From contig BLSG01000167.1 in assembly GCA_012862495.1 (NCBI GenBank), positions 37,165 to 70,180 on the forward strand: a stretch of 33,016 bases of DNA, read 5' to 3'. The DNA is from Thraustochytrium aureum. Its lineage: Eukaryota. Below are positions 1 to 10,570 of this stretch, piece after piece; position 1 is the stretch's first letter, and every line of letters begins with the position of its first letter. The translations under genes were made by a program, and so were the position numbers. The notes beneath the pieces are model-generated. The model saw only the letters and a list, made by a program, of their open reading frames with translations, did no database searches and was not told the origin of the DNA.

Positions 1-2
1 GC

Positions 3-1872
3 TACTGCAGCAGCGGCAGCCGGAGCGGCCGAAGCGGCTTCTGTGCTTCCTAGCAGCGTCTGCGAGGGCGTCGCCGCCCCCGCGCCTAGTGCAGCGCCAC
101 CTGCACCTTGTGCTGGTTCTGTCCCAGGCGCGTTTGGAGGCGGCTGCCCCGCGTCCCCTGATGCTGGTGCTGTTTGCGGACCGCCGGCTACTTGTTGCTC
201 CGCGGCGGTGCCTTCGGTTGGCTTGCGCGTCCGCTTGGGCGAGCGGCGCTCAGCTTCGGCCCGCGCTTCCTCCTTCGCCCGTGCGACCTCTTGCATGGCC
301 GCTGCAGCCTCCGCCGCAGCCTCGTGGCCGAGCTCTTGACTAACGCGGAGCGTGACGTTTTCGTGCAAGAGAGAGTCGCACTCTGACGTCTTGGCGGAAA
401 GCTGCTCCGCGTACCACTGCGTCTCGTTCTCGACGGCAAGCGCCGCGAGCAGGCGATCAAAGGCCCGCACCTTGGCTCGCTCAACGCGCCGCTTCAGAAT
501 GGAGCGCAAGAGAAGCGCGGCGAACCGCTGCTGGCCACCGCTCGGTGGGCCTCCGCTGCTGCGGCCGGGTTTCGCGCCTATTGCGACCTCCGCCACCTTG
601 CTTGCCCCCGCGTCGTGTTCGCCGCCGCCGTCCAAGCTGTCCAGCTCGACCTGGTCTTCGCTAACGGCTGGCGGCTTGGGCGAATCAGAAAACGCACCGT
701 TCAGCGGGCTGGAAGGCGAGCGCAGGCCCGGAGGCGTGCACGAGAGCGAGGACTGGGGCGGCGGCTCCGACCCCGTGTCCGCGCCGTCAAGCCCGCCCTG
801 GCGCGTTTGCTTCATGCTCGGCGCTTCACTCGTCGTCGCGATTCCGCCGCCGCTCATCATCTGCTCCAGCGTCATGCGCTCCATCTCGCCAGTGTCCAGG
901 TTCCTCACCAGAAACGTGTGCGACTCGTCTTCGTCTTCGCTGGACCGGCCGTCCGGGGTTGTGTCGCCAAAGTTGTCGCACGCGCCGAACCCAGCCGTCT
1001 CGACCGTTTCCTCCATGGCTTCGCTCGAGAGCTGTGGGAGGGCCGAGCGCTCCCCATGTCCAGAGCGCTCGCCGTGCCCGCGCATTGCCGCAGCCTCTTG
1101 CGCCATCCTTTCCGCGGCCCTCACGTCCTCCTCCTCTTCCTCGTCGTCTTCCTCGTCGCTGCCTTTCCGCTCGGTCCTCGCANNNNNNNNNNNNNNNNNN
1201 NNNNNNNNNNNNNNNNNNNNNNNNNNNNNNNNNNNNNNNNNNNNNNNNNNNNNNNNNNNNNNNNNNNNNNNNNNNNNNNNNNNNNNNNNNNNNNNNNNNN
1301 NNNNNNNNNNNNNNNNNNNNNNNNNNNNNNNNNNNNNNNNNNNNNNNNNNNNNNNNNNNNNNNNNNNNNNNNNNNNNNNNNNNNNNNNNNNNNNNNNNNN
1401 NNNNNNNNNNNNNNNNNNNNNNNNNNNNNNNNNNNNNNNNNNNNNNNNNNNNNNNNNNNNNNNNNNNNNNNNNNNNNNNNNNNNNNNNNNNNNNNNNNNN
1501 NNNNNNNNNNNNNNNNNNNNNNNNNNNNNNNNNNNNNNNNNNNNNNNNNNNNNNNNNNNNNNNNNNNNNNNNNNNNNNNNNNNNNNNNNNNNNNNNNNNN
1601 NNNNNNNNNNNNNNNNNNNNNNNNNNNNNNNNNNNNNNNNNNNNNNNNNNNNNNNNNNNNNNNNNNNNNNNNNNNNNNNNNNNNNNNNNNNNNNNNNNNN
1701 NNNNNNNNNNNNNNNNNNNNNNNNNNNNNNNNNNNNNNNNNNNNNNNNNNNNNNNNNNNNNNNNNNNNNNNNNNNNNNNNNNNNNNNNNNNNNNNNNNNN
1801 NNNNNNNNNNNNNNNNNNNNNNNNNNNNNNNNNNNNCTCGCCCTGGACACACGAACGGAGCAAAGCCTGCAT
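3..1872 (-). CDS. Hypothetical protein, 3'-partial (runs off left edge), interrupted by N-gap 1183-1836; acidic/low-complexity with probable coiled coil
   Basis: Manual translation of the minus strand from ~1181 to 3 shows no stop (…KGSDEEDDEEEEEDVRAAERMAQE…SHTFLVRNLDTGEMERM…LLLRSILKRRVERAKVRAFDRLL…). It is absent from the ORF track because no stop lies in the window. Candidate start is ATG 1872 (MQALLRSCVQGE) on the other side of the gap; the join is inferred. Confidence 0.6.
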
Positions 1873-2215
1873 CGAAAGAGGCGCTGCGTCGCGCGAGCAG
1901 GCGCTGCAGGAGCCAACCGGGGCGGCTCGCGGGGCGGCACGCAGCGGGTCTTGCTCGGAAGCTGTCAATCGCGCTCGCTCGCTCGGCCATCGCTCGGCCA
2001 TCGCTCTCAAGTGAGCGAGCTTGGAAGGGCTTCCTTCGCCCGAGGCTGCACCGGACGGAGGCGCGAAGTGCCTCTGCACTGCTCACGCACACGCACACGC
2101 AGGACACCTGGGCACTCGGGGGCACGGGCGCTGGTCGGGTGGACGCCGCGGACGACCTGGTGCGCCGTGCGCACCGTTTGGCCAGGGTTGCTGGAAGGGG
2201 TCGCGGCCGCTCGCG

Positions 2216-3775
2216 ATGGACCTTGACCCCGAGGGGCCCGCGGTAGCGCAAGAGGACCTTGCCGCTGCTGCAAAGGTGCGAGCTACCAAGAAACGGCAGC
2301 GGAAAAAGCGCCATGGAGGGGACGCGGGCAGCGCCGCGCAGGTTGCAGCAGGCGCCGACCCACTTGACCGCAAACCGTCCGTTCTCAGCAGCGCAAGCAG
2401 CAGCAGCAGCGCGGAGGGCGGCGACGCAGAGGTGAGCGTGCTCGAGGAGCGCCTCGGCGAGATGAAGGACCGGCTGCGCATGTACGAGGACCCACCAGCC
2501 GTGGACNNNNNNNNNNNNNNNNNNNNNNNNNNNNNNNNNNNNNNNNNNNNNNNNNNNNNNNNNNNNNNNNNNNNNNNNNNNNNNNNNNNNNNNNNNNNNN
2601 NNNNNNNNNNNNNNNNNNNNNNNNNNNNNNNNNNNNNNNNNNNNNNNNNNNNNNNNNNNNNNNNNNNNNNNNNNNNNNNNNNNNNNNNNNNNNNNNNNNN
2701 NNNNNNNNNNNNNNNNNNNNNNNNNNNNNNNNNNNNNNNNNNNNNNNNNNNNNNNNNNNNNNNNNNNNNNNNNNNNNNNNNNNNNNNNNNNNNNNNNNNN
2801 NNNNNNNNNNNNNNNNNNNNNNNNNNNNNNNNNNNNNNNNNNNNNNNNNNNNNNNNNNNNNNNNNNNNNNNNNNNNNNNNNNNNNNNNNNNNNNNNNNNN
2901 NNNNNNNNNNNNNNNNNNNNNNNNNNNNNNNNNNNNNNNNNNNNNNNNNNNNNNNNNNNNNNNNNNNNNNNNNNNNNNNNNNNNNNNNNNNNNNNNNNNN
3001 NNNNNNNNNNNNNNNNNNNNNNNNNNNNNNNNNNNNNNNNNNNNNNNNNNNNNNNNNNNNNNNNNNNNNNNNNNNNNNNNNNNNNNNNNNNNNNNNNNNN
3101 NNNNNNNNNNNNNNNNNNNNNNNNNNNNNNNNNNNNNNNNNNNNNNNNNNNNNNNNNNGGCCAAGCTCATGCTCGATGTTGCGCGACACGCGGACGAACA
3201 GTCTACGCGCGCAGAGAGTCCTTGGCGCCGCCGTGCTCGAGATGAGCCAACACACTGTAGAGTCTGCGGAGGAGCGCTCGCTCCTGTCGCGCTTTGCCGA
3301 GACAATGAACGAGCTCCACAAGAGTGACGCCCAGTTTGTCGCGGCGGTCAAGAGCCGCCACGAGGAGCTCGGCTCGCTGCAGCCGATGCTGCGCGCGGCG
3401 CTGACGCTCAAGGGCGCTCAGGGCGCTGTGGAGCGTGTTGTCGCCGAAGAACATAGCGCGACCGAGGAAAAGCAGGCTCCGGGCCAGGAGCCACATCGCG
3501 GCGTGCCTGCCGAGGCCATGAGCGCGTTGGGTGTGGAGCTCCGCCGTGCGCAAGTTGAAGTTCTCCGCGACCTCGGCGCTGCTCCAGAGCGCTTTGCGCA
3601 TGCGGGGATCTCGCGCGCAGAGCGCAATTTGGTGGCCCTTCGTGGCATGCTGGCGTTTCTCGAATCGAGCGATTCGACAGGCCGGCTGTCAGACCGAGCC
3701 GAGGCCAATCGGAAGCGGCTTGGTCTCATGGGCAACCGGACGATTTGGAACTGGGACCTGGACACGCCAGCTTGA
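2216..3775 (+). CDS. Hypothetical protein, helical/coiled-coil C-terminal half (possibly BAR-like); middle lost in gap 2507-3158
   Basis: ATG 2216 (MDLDPEGPAVAQED…), basic cluster KKRQRKKR, open frame on both sides of the gap to TGA 3773-3775. Amphipathic helical composition after the gap. Divergent from the gene at 3-1872. Confidence 0.6.
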   Translation: MDLDPEGPAVAQEDLAAAAKVRATKKRQRKKRHGGDAGSAAQVAAGADPLDRKPSVLSSASSSSSAEGGDAEVSVLEERLGEMKDRLRMYEDPPAVDXXXXXXXXXXXXXXXXXXXXXXXXXXXXXXXXXXXXXXXXXXXXXXXXXXXXXXXXXXXXXXXXXXXXXXXXXXXXXXXXXXXXXXXXXXXXXXXXXXXXXXXXXXXXXXXXXXXXXXXXXXXXXXXXXXXXXXXXXXXXXXXXXXXXXXXXXXXXXXXXXXXXXXXXXXXXXXXXXXXXXXXXXXXXXXXXXXXXXXXXXXXXXXXXXXXXXXXXXXPSSCSMLRDTRTNSLRAQRVLGAAVLEMSQHTVESAEERSLLSRFAETMNELHKSDAQFVAAVKSRHEELGSLQPMLRAALTLKGAQGAVERVVAEEHSATEEKQAPGQEPHRGVPAEAMSALGVELRRAQVEVLRDLGAAPERFAHAGISRAERNLVALRGMLAFLESSDSTGRLSDRAEANRKRLGLMGNRTIWNWDLDTPA

Positions 3776-4463
3776 TGCAAGGATGTCTCGCGCGCGCGCG
3801 CGAAAGGAAGAGGAGGGTCGAGCGGGTTCGTCAGAGAGCAACGGGTTTGCGTGGACTTGCTCGCGACATCTTTTGAGGCCGTCAGATGAAGGCAAGTCGA
3901 CGACCAAGGTCAACTTGTACATATGTTTTCCACAAAGTACCTAAGGCGCCCGCAAAGAACCCGAAGCGCGGTGTGGATCCGCAAAGTATGACAGTCTGTG
4001 GATCGCGAGACGACGCCCTTGCATTGGACGGTGGTTCTCGGGCGATGGTGTGAACCTTTTATTCCTCGAGCCCTCGCAAAGCGACGCGCAATGAGCCGAT
4101 TCAACCCGGCCTGTGTACGCGCCGCTTGTCGCGCTTTTTTAAAAAACAACAGAGATTTCCCCCGTTTTACCCCTCGAGTACGCACCGCACTCGAGGACAA
4201 GGTTGCGTCCAGGACGTCATTCAAGTCCCCACAGTGTGAGCTGCCATGAGCAAGGCACGGACGCAGCTTTCTCGAGACGCGGCAGGCTGCTGCTACGAGG
4301 ATGCAGCCCCACCGCACCAAGCCACAAACCGACGACCCCTTGTCCGCCCGTCATCTCGTTCGTTTGGCACTGTGCTCCAACCCCGTTTCGATCCGACCTC
4401 ACCAACCACTTGCAGTAGATCAAAGGCTAGAGGCCGTGGCCGCGCGAAGGAGCCGCACGCGCG

Positions 4464-6441
4464 CTACTTCATCGCCACTCCCTTGAGGTGATGCTGGATC
4501 GCACTTTTGAGCGCCAAGTTTGGCACGAGGTTGAGGTTTACGAGTTGCTCGTCCGTCGCAGGAGACGTCGTGTTTCCCTTGTCAAACCACTCCTGAATGG
4601 CCTTGCGCTCGTAGCTCTGGCCGTCACTAGTAGTGACAGGGTCTACCATCACCTGGTGCGTAATGGGGCAGGTGAATGCTGCCAAGCTGCGTTCGTCCTC
4701 GCTCGAGGCGCGCGAGGAGAGCGACGCGGGGTTTTGAAGAATCGACGCTGCCTGGGCAGCCTTGAGAGCAGCCGTCTCCACATCATCCTCGAGTGGCGCC
4801 GAGGGCACGTTGCCTATGCTTGCCACGTCCTCGTCCCCCCCGCCGATCCCAGCAGTGACTTGAAAGGCGTCCGAGCCGGCTGCTCGGAGACTCTCGCACA
4901 TCTCGCAAACTTCGCGGCCCGGCTCATTCACAAACGTGCACATTGGGCATTGCCACGTCAAAGACGCGCCGAAGGGGGGCGCCGCCCGAGTAGAATGCTG
5001 CGAAGACATCGGCGCAGGGACCGGGACCGGGGGCGGCGGCGGGGGCGGCGGCCCAGGTGGCGCATTGAAGGCCCCTGGAGCCAAGGCTGGGCCAAATGGA
5101 ATGTCGTTGCGCAATGGCGTCGAATCGCTCTTGGCGCTGGTCGCGTCATGTCGCGGCGGTGTCTGGGGCGGCGTCCTTGTCCGCAGCGTCGATTTGGGTG
5201 GCAAAGGCGGTGGCAACGGAGGGCCAGCAGAAGCACTCCAGCCGTCCGTAGAGTCGAGCCCCCCACTGTCAATGGCCACAGCGAGCGGAATCTGGTCAAA
5301 GCCGTCCCCCGAGTCTGGGGGTAGGGGGGCAATGTTTGAGCTGCGGCTCGAGAGGCGCTGGGAGTGCTCGATAGCCCCCTGAAGCGGCACAGGCCTGTCG
5401 GGCTCGGGCCAAGCCCGCACTTTGCGAGACAGGGCGCTGTGGGCGAGTCGCAGACTTGCTATGTCCGTTGAAGCGAGGCGGAGCACTGAGCGGTCCTTTA
5501 TGGAAAACCGCCTCTGGTTGGAGCGAAAGTTTTCGACGACGCGCGGCTTGGCAAAGTAGACCGGGTCGACGTAGTCTCGCGCGTCGTCAGAGAGGCGGAT
5601 CTCCACGACCGTCTCCTCGCCCGCCCTTTCCACGAGCTGCACGCTGCAATCAGTCAGGTCGTAGACCACCTCGGGGACTGGGGCGTTGCAATTGTTGTAC
5701 ACAGTGAGGCAGTTGAGCACGTTGCACTGCCGAGCGGGAACAATGAGCACCTGGCCGCACCCGCACGTGATGTGCGGCACGTCGCGGTCCAGGCGCTTTT
5801 GAAAGGCGAGACACTTTGGGCAGCGCAGCTGAGGGAACTTTGCCATCTTGCGCGACCCGCGCAGGCGCGTGATGACAATCCAGCGCGTCTTCCAGTTCCC
5901 CCCGAACTTTGAGATGAGTTTGGACCTCGCCGACTCGCCCAGAACGGCACCGACGCCGCTCTGCCAGCTGGAGGCTCCCTCGATCTTGAGCGAGCCGNNN
6001 NNNNNNNNNNNNNNNNNNNNNNNNNNNNNNNNNNNNNNNNNNNNNNNNNNNNNNNNNNNNNNNNNNNNNNNNNNNNNNNNNNNNNNNNNNNNNNNNNNNN
6101 NNNNNNNNNNNNNNNNNNNNNNNNNNNNNNNNNNNNNNNNNNNNNNNNNNNNNNNNNNNNNNNNNNNNNNNNNNNNNNNNNNNNNNNNNNNNNNNNNNNN
6201 NNNNNNNNNNNNNNNNNNNNNNNNNNNNNNNNNNNNNNNNNNNNNNNNNNNNNNNNNNNNNNNNNNNGACCATCAGCAGCGTTCGCCCGTGCTGGTCTCG
6301 GCAGGCGAAGAGGTCCATCTTTTGCTTGGGTGTCAGCTTTTTCGTCGCGAAAAGGTTGCGCAGGCGGGCTTCGCCCTTCCCCACGTCCTTGACATACTCA
6401 AAGGCGGCTTCTCGCACATCGATCGACTGCCTGTTTCCCAT
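4464..6441 (-). CDS. Ankyrin-repeat / RanBP2-type (NZF) zinc finger / U-box E3 ubiquitin ligase, predicted N-myristoylated; gap 5998-6267
   Basis: Starts MGNRQS (ATG 6441), with ankyrin-like DQHGRTLLM just before the gap. After the gap the frame is open into ORF 4464..5846. It contains WQCPMCTFVNEPGREVCEMCES (NZF), a Pro-rich linker and a C-terminal U-box FTCPITHQVMVDPVTTSDGQSYERKAIQEWF…SPATDEQL…LVPNLALKSAI. Confidence 0.85.
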
Positions 6442-7183
6442 CCCGACACGCAGCGCCTCTCGCACCGCCTGTCCTCGTTATTCGCTCCGGCCGCCCAGCG
6501 GGCGTCCCGCAGTGGGTGCCGATCGACCGCTGCCGGAGGCGTCGCGCAACAGAAACCCGGATCCTCCCGAGCTTGGGCCCGGACTGGCGGGCCGGCCGCA
6601 CGCTCGCGAGCAAACTCTGCCCTGCCTGCCTGCCCGCTCGCTGCAAGCCTGCCCTGGCTGGCGCTCTGCGCGCGCTGGCCCGCGCCAACTCCAGCTACTC
6701 GCAGAGCTCTTGTGCTGGGAGGGAAAGGGAGAGAGCTCTGGTGAGCGCAAGTGCTCGCGTTCATCATCACCAGCCGCAACAGCAGACCCGCAGTGACGAG
6801 CGCGGCATGCGCCCGTGACGTGTAGCCCCCCGCGCAGGACGCAGCACCTGCAGCTCTGCGAGGACACTGAACCGACACCGCGTGAGGACGGGGGCCGGTA
6901 GACACACAAACTGCACACTTCATTTTCGCAAGTTCAGTGCAAGCTGGTACTTGCGAGATCGAGGAAGCGTCTTGCTCTGCTGCTGGATTCCTTGCTGCTA
7001 GCTGGCGCAGCTGCACCGTGGATGGCACGGCACGGCCTCTCATTGGCAGGGTTCGCTGCCGCTGGTGGGACTCCCAACACCAGCTGTGGCACTGGCTCTA
7101 CCTCGAGAGGCTGGCCTTTGATTGGCCACCGCGCTGGGTCCACAGAACTGGCTCCCGTCAGCCTCGCGGCGGCAACGGCAGGT

Positions 7184-7207
7184 AGCCAGCCAGCCAGCCA
7201 GCCAGCC
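7184..7207. repeat. (GCCA)n microsatellite
   Basis: agccagccagccagccagccagcc downstream of the first glutaredoxin-DUF547 gene. Confidence 0.7.
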
Positions 7208-7299
7208 GCAGCAATGGGGAAGGAAGTTCGAAGAGAGTTCTGGCTGCGAGTTCCAGCTCGGCCGCGCGTGCTCGCTCGGGCTGCCATGAGCGTTCAACA

Positions 7300-8779
7300 T
7301 CACAAGACCGAGCAGAAGTGCGCCTTCCTGTACCGTCGGGACCGCAGCGCATCCGTCGACCAGTCATACACGTGATACCTAACGTTGACTTTGCGATCTT
7401 CTGAAGCGAGCAAGGTTCGGACTGCTTCCGCCTTGACACCAGAAAGCCAGCGAGATACAGTCCTGACCACGTCCAATTTGGTTTCGCCAAAGTCGCTCGA
7501 GTACCAGCTGACAATCTGCGTCAGTGTGACAGTCCTGGTGCCCACGTCCACCGAGCAGTTCGTGTCCTGCTCGAAGAACGCAGCCGCCGCCACATCCAGC
7601 TCCTCATCGATGGCCTCGGCCGAGAAGGTCTTGATCGGCGGGCAAGACTTGGCCCCGCAGTTGAGAGCAAAATGCACCCGGTTTTCCAGCGGCAGGACCG
7701 CTGAGCAGCGCGGGTCGGAGCCCGAAATGGTGCGCCACAGGTGGTACGGCGGCCGCTTGTTCCCGCGCAAGACGCCGTTTTCAAGGGCGTTGAACGAGTA
7801 AAAGTGGCCGCCAACGTTGTACCCGTTGTGGTCGAAAAAGTCGAGCCTCTCCAGGTCGCTCTGCGGCACGCCGAGCCGAGTAAAGGCGTGCAAGGTGAGC
7901 ACGTTGTACAGGTTGATGACGAACGCTTGGCGCGCAGCGGGCTCGAGCTCGGCGAGCTGGGTTTCCTGCACTTCGCACACCGCCTCTTCGAATGCAGCGA
8001 ATCCCGGGTCCAGCGCTGCAGCAACGTAGTCGACGAGGCCTTGTGCGTCGCGGTGGGCGGCGAGGACCTTGCTCAGCTGCTTCTTCAACGCAATGACTGT
8101 AACAAGCGGGTCGTCGACGCGATCAGCCCAACGCCGCGCCATATTGAGCGCGCGCGGCATCCGGTGCGTGAAGAGGCACAGGGTGCTGCCAGACCTTTTC
8201 CGAGAACTTGGCTTTAGACGGCGAGTAGTTGACGGGCCACGCCACGTCCGCGAAGAGGCCCCTTTGGACCAGCGCTTGGCACATTTCCGCGGCTTGCGTC
8301 CGATCGTTGAGCGCAAACGCCCTCATCGCCCAGTCAACCGCATGCGTACCACTGAAGTGCGCAGGAAGGGCGTTGCAGAGCGAGTCCAGGACCCCGACGA
8401 CGCCCTTTGCCTTGTCCCCCTCGCCGAACATCTCGGCTGAGCGCGGGCTCGGCTTGGGTGCCGGGGTCGGCTCGTGAGCTGGCTTTGCCAACAAATCCGC
8501 GTTCACCGCTTCGCCGGCGTCGCGCGTCCGGGCCCACAGCTCGTCCAGCTCGCCGCGCGTCTCGAGTGCTTCAAGCTCTTCCGCGCCACCAACGTGCTCA
8601 TCGCCAAAGAAAACCTGCGGCACCGTGAGCCGCTTGGCCAGCTTGACCATGTCCGCGCGCTTCCGTGGGTAGTCGCTCAGCGAGACTTCCTCGAACGGGA
8701 TCGCGTGCGCGTCGAGGATCCCCTTGGCTCGCGCGCAGAAGGCGCATCCTTCCACTGAAAACAACACCACGCGGCCCAT
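7300..8779 (-). CDS. Glutaredoxin-DEP-DUF547 protein (class IV glutaredoxin-like), copy 1; one apparent frameshift near 8194-8199
   Basis: ATG 8779 MGRVVLFSVEGCAFCARAK…TVPQVFFGDEHVGG (Grx fold). DEP-like segment FSGTHAVDWAM…AAEMCQALVQRGLF. Frame changes to ORF 7300..8316 with DUF547 motifs AFVINLYN, LENGVLRGN, RVHFALNCGAKSCPPI, WYSSDFG. Collinear with the paralog at 15563-16636. Confidence 0.9.
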
Positions 8780-8800
8780 TGCCCCGAGAGCTGCCAGCGG

Positions 8801-8922
8801 TTGATCGAGCGGCCAAGCGAGCGGCCACGCGAGCGACTGATCGAGCGATTGATCGAGCGGCCAACGCGAGCGACCAACGGCCGTGCGACCAACGGCCGTG
8901 CGGGCACGAAGCGACCGATCGG
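8801..8922. repeat. Degenerate 12-15 nt tandem repeats in the 5' region of glutaredoxin copy 1
   Basis: TGATCGAGCG three times, GAGCGGCCA three times, CGACCAACGGCCGTG twice in tandem. Confidence 0.55.
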
Positions 8923-9329
8923 CCTCTGCAACAAACAACACGACCACTGCCAGTCTGTTCTGTTCTGCATGGCAAGTGCGTTCCTCCCTTCCACGTGCGG
9001 CGCGCACCCTCGTTCCTCTTAACCCATCGCGCACACCTTTAGTCTGTGCACACCCTCCTCCTTCAAACTGCGCGCGCGTTCCTCTGAGGGGTCGCTGCGT
9101 GCACACCGAGTTTCCTTGATTGGGTTTGGCCTTCACCGCCCCAGTCCACGGTTGACCAGCGAGGCAGGCAAAGCCAGCACCGCAGACAGGCGACGGGCGA
9201 GGCAGCGAGGCAGTGGGGCAGTGAGGCGCTGCTGGTGTGCTGCGCGGCGTGCTTGTTGGCTTTGGCGCTGTTATTCTCGCTGCTTTTGTTTTTTCGCTCG
9301 AACGCGCCACTCGGTCGCACGTGGAAATA

Positions 9330-10218
9330 ATGGAGGATCCGCTGGGGCACAACCTCGCGGCGGTGCTGCCCCGCACGGCGCGCTTGAGGTGATGGTGCGC
9401 GGCTGGATGGAGGCCGATGCGCCCAACTTTGACGTGGGCGGGTTTGTGGTCGGCGACGACCCCAAGGTGGCTCACCTGCTCGGCAAGTCGCCGGGAGTCG
9501 TTGCGGGGCGGCCGTTTGCGCAGGCGACGTTTGACGCGGCCGGCGTGGAGGTCGAGTGGTTTGTCTCGGATGGCGATGAGATCTCGCAAGAGGACGCGCT
9601 CGCGAAAAAGCCCATCGCCGTCGTCCGCGGCAGCGCGCGATCCATCCTCATCGCTGAGCGCACCGTGCTCAACATCATGACCCGTGCATGCGGGATTGCT
9701 ACCGCGGCGCGCACGATGGCCAAGCTCCGCGCCAAGCATGGGTGGCACGGCGAGGTCGCGGCGACACGCAAGACCACCCCGGGGTTTGGCTTGGTGGAAA
9801 AGTACGCCGTCCTCGTGGGCGGCTGCTCAACGCACCGGATGACGCTGAGCCAAATGACGATGCTCAAGGACAACCACATCTGGAGCGTGGGCAGCATCCC
9901 CAAGGCGGTCGCCAAGGCGCGCCGCGCTTGCGGCTTTAGCTCCAAGATCGAGGTCGAGTGCCGCGATCTGGACGAGGCTGTGCAGGCCTGTACCGCAGGC
10001 GCTGAGATTGTCATGCTGGACAACTACACCCCGGAGCTGCTGAAGGAGGACGCCCGCAAGCTAAGGAAAAATATCCTCACGTCATTGTCGAAGCGAGCGG
10101 GGGCATCACGGAGGAGACCGCGCCGGCCTACTTTTGCGAGCATGTTGATGTCGTGTCCATGGGCAAGCTGACGCAGGGGTACGAGACGCTCGACCTCTCG
10201 CTGAAGATCCAACGATGA
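9330..10218 (+). CDS. QPRT: Quinolinate phosphoribosyltransferase (nicotinate-nucleotide pyrophosphorylase), eukaryotic BNA6/QPRT type; two apparent homopolymer frameshifts
   Basis: Motifs ATRKTTPG, THRMTLSQMTMLKDNHIW, KIEVEC, IVMLDN. Adding one C at 9369-9372 joins ATG 9330 (MEDPLGHNLAAVLP-PHGALE). Adding one A at 10067-10071 gives KKYPHVIVEASGGIT…VDVVSMGKLTQGYETLDLSLKIQR* (TGA 10216-10218). Confidence 0.95.
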
Positions 10219-10570
10219 TCGTAGCTTGCTCTTGATCAAGCGCTCCTGGCACCCTTGGACTGGCTTGCACCAACCATGACAGCGGCAGGGACTATTGCTG
10301 GTGCGCGCACGCAGGACAGGCCCATTGAGCGTTGGAGGTCACAAATAGGAGTAGAACCAAGCAGTTTACTACTTGCTAGAGTTTGCGTAAGAGGCACGAT
10401 GGCGTGCAAACGTGGGCCGTGAGGCGCTTGCCACGGCCCCATTCACAGCTGGCCTCGCCCCTGCTGCTCTGTTTGCCGCCAGTCGACCTCGCAGCTCGGG
10501 CTGTTGCACCGTCCGACGGTGCCTCACCGCTGCTTCGAGGCGGTGGTCTGGCGAACGGGTCGCCGGCCGT

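Noticed and set aside
352..2314. Long ORFs 352..2226, 615..2246, 826..2079, 959..2014, 1121..2314 and other X-filled ORFs
   Set aside because: Their length comes from reading through N-gaps. The real parts are antisense or off-frame shadows of the minus-strand gene.
8780..9748. 323-aa N-terminal extension of glutaredoxin copy 1 in ORF 8123..9748
   Set aside because: It overlaps QPRT antisense and a repeat region. The paralog starts at the equivalent MGRV, so ATG 8779 is the likely start.
9330..10218. QPRT as a pseudogene or programmed-frameshift gene
   Set aside because: Both breaks are one-base shortfalls in homopolymers, all catalytic motifs are intact, and the same error pattern recurs in unrelated genes.
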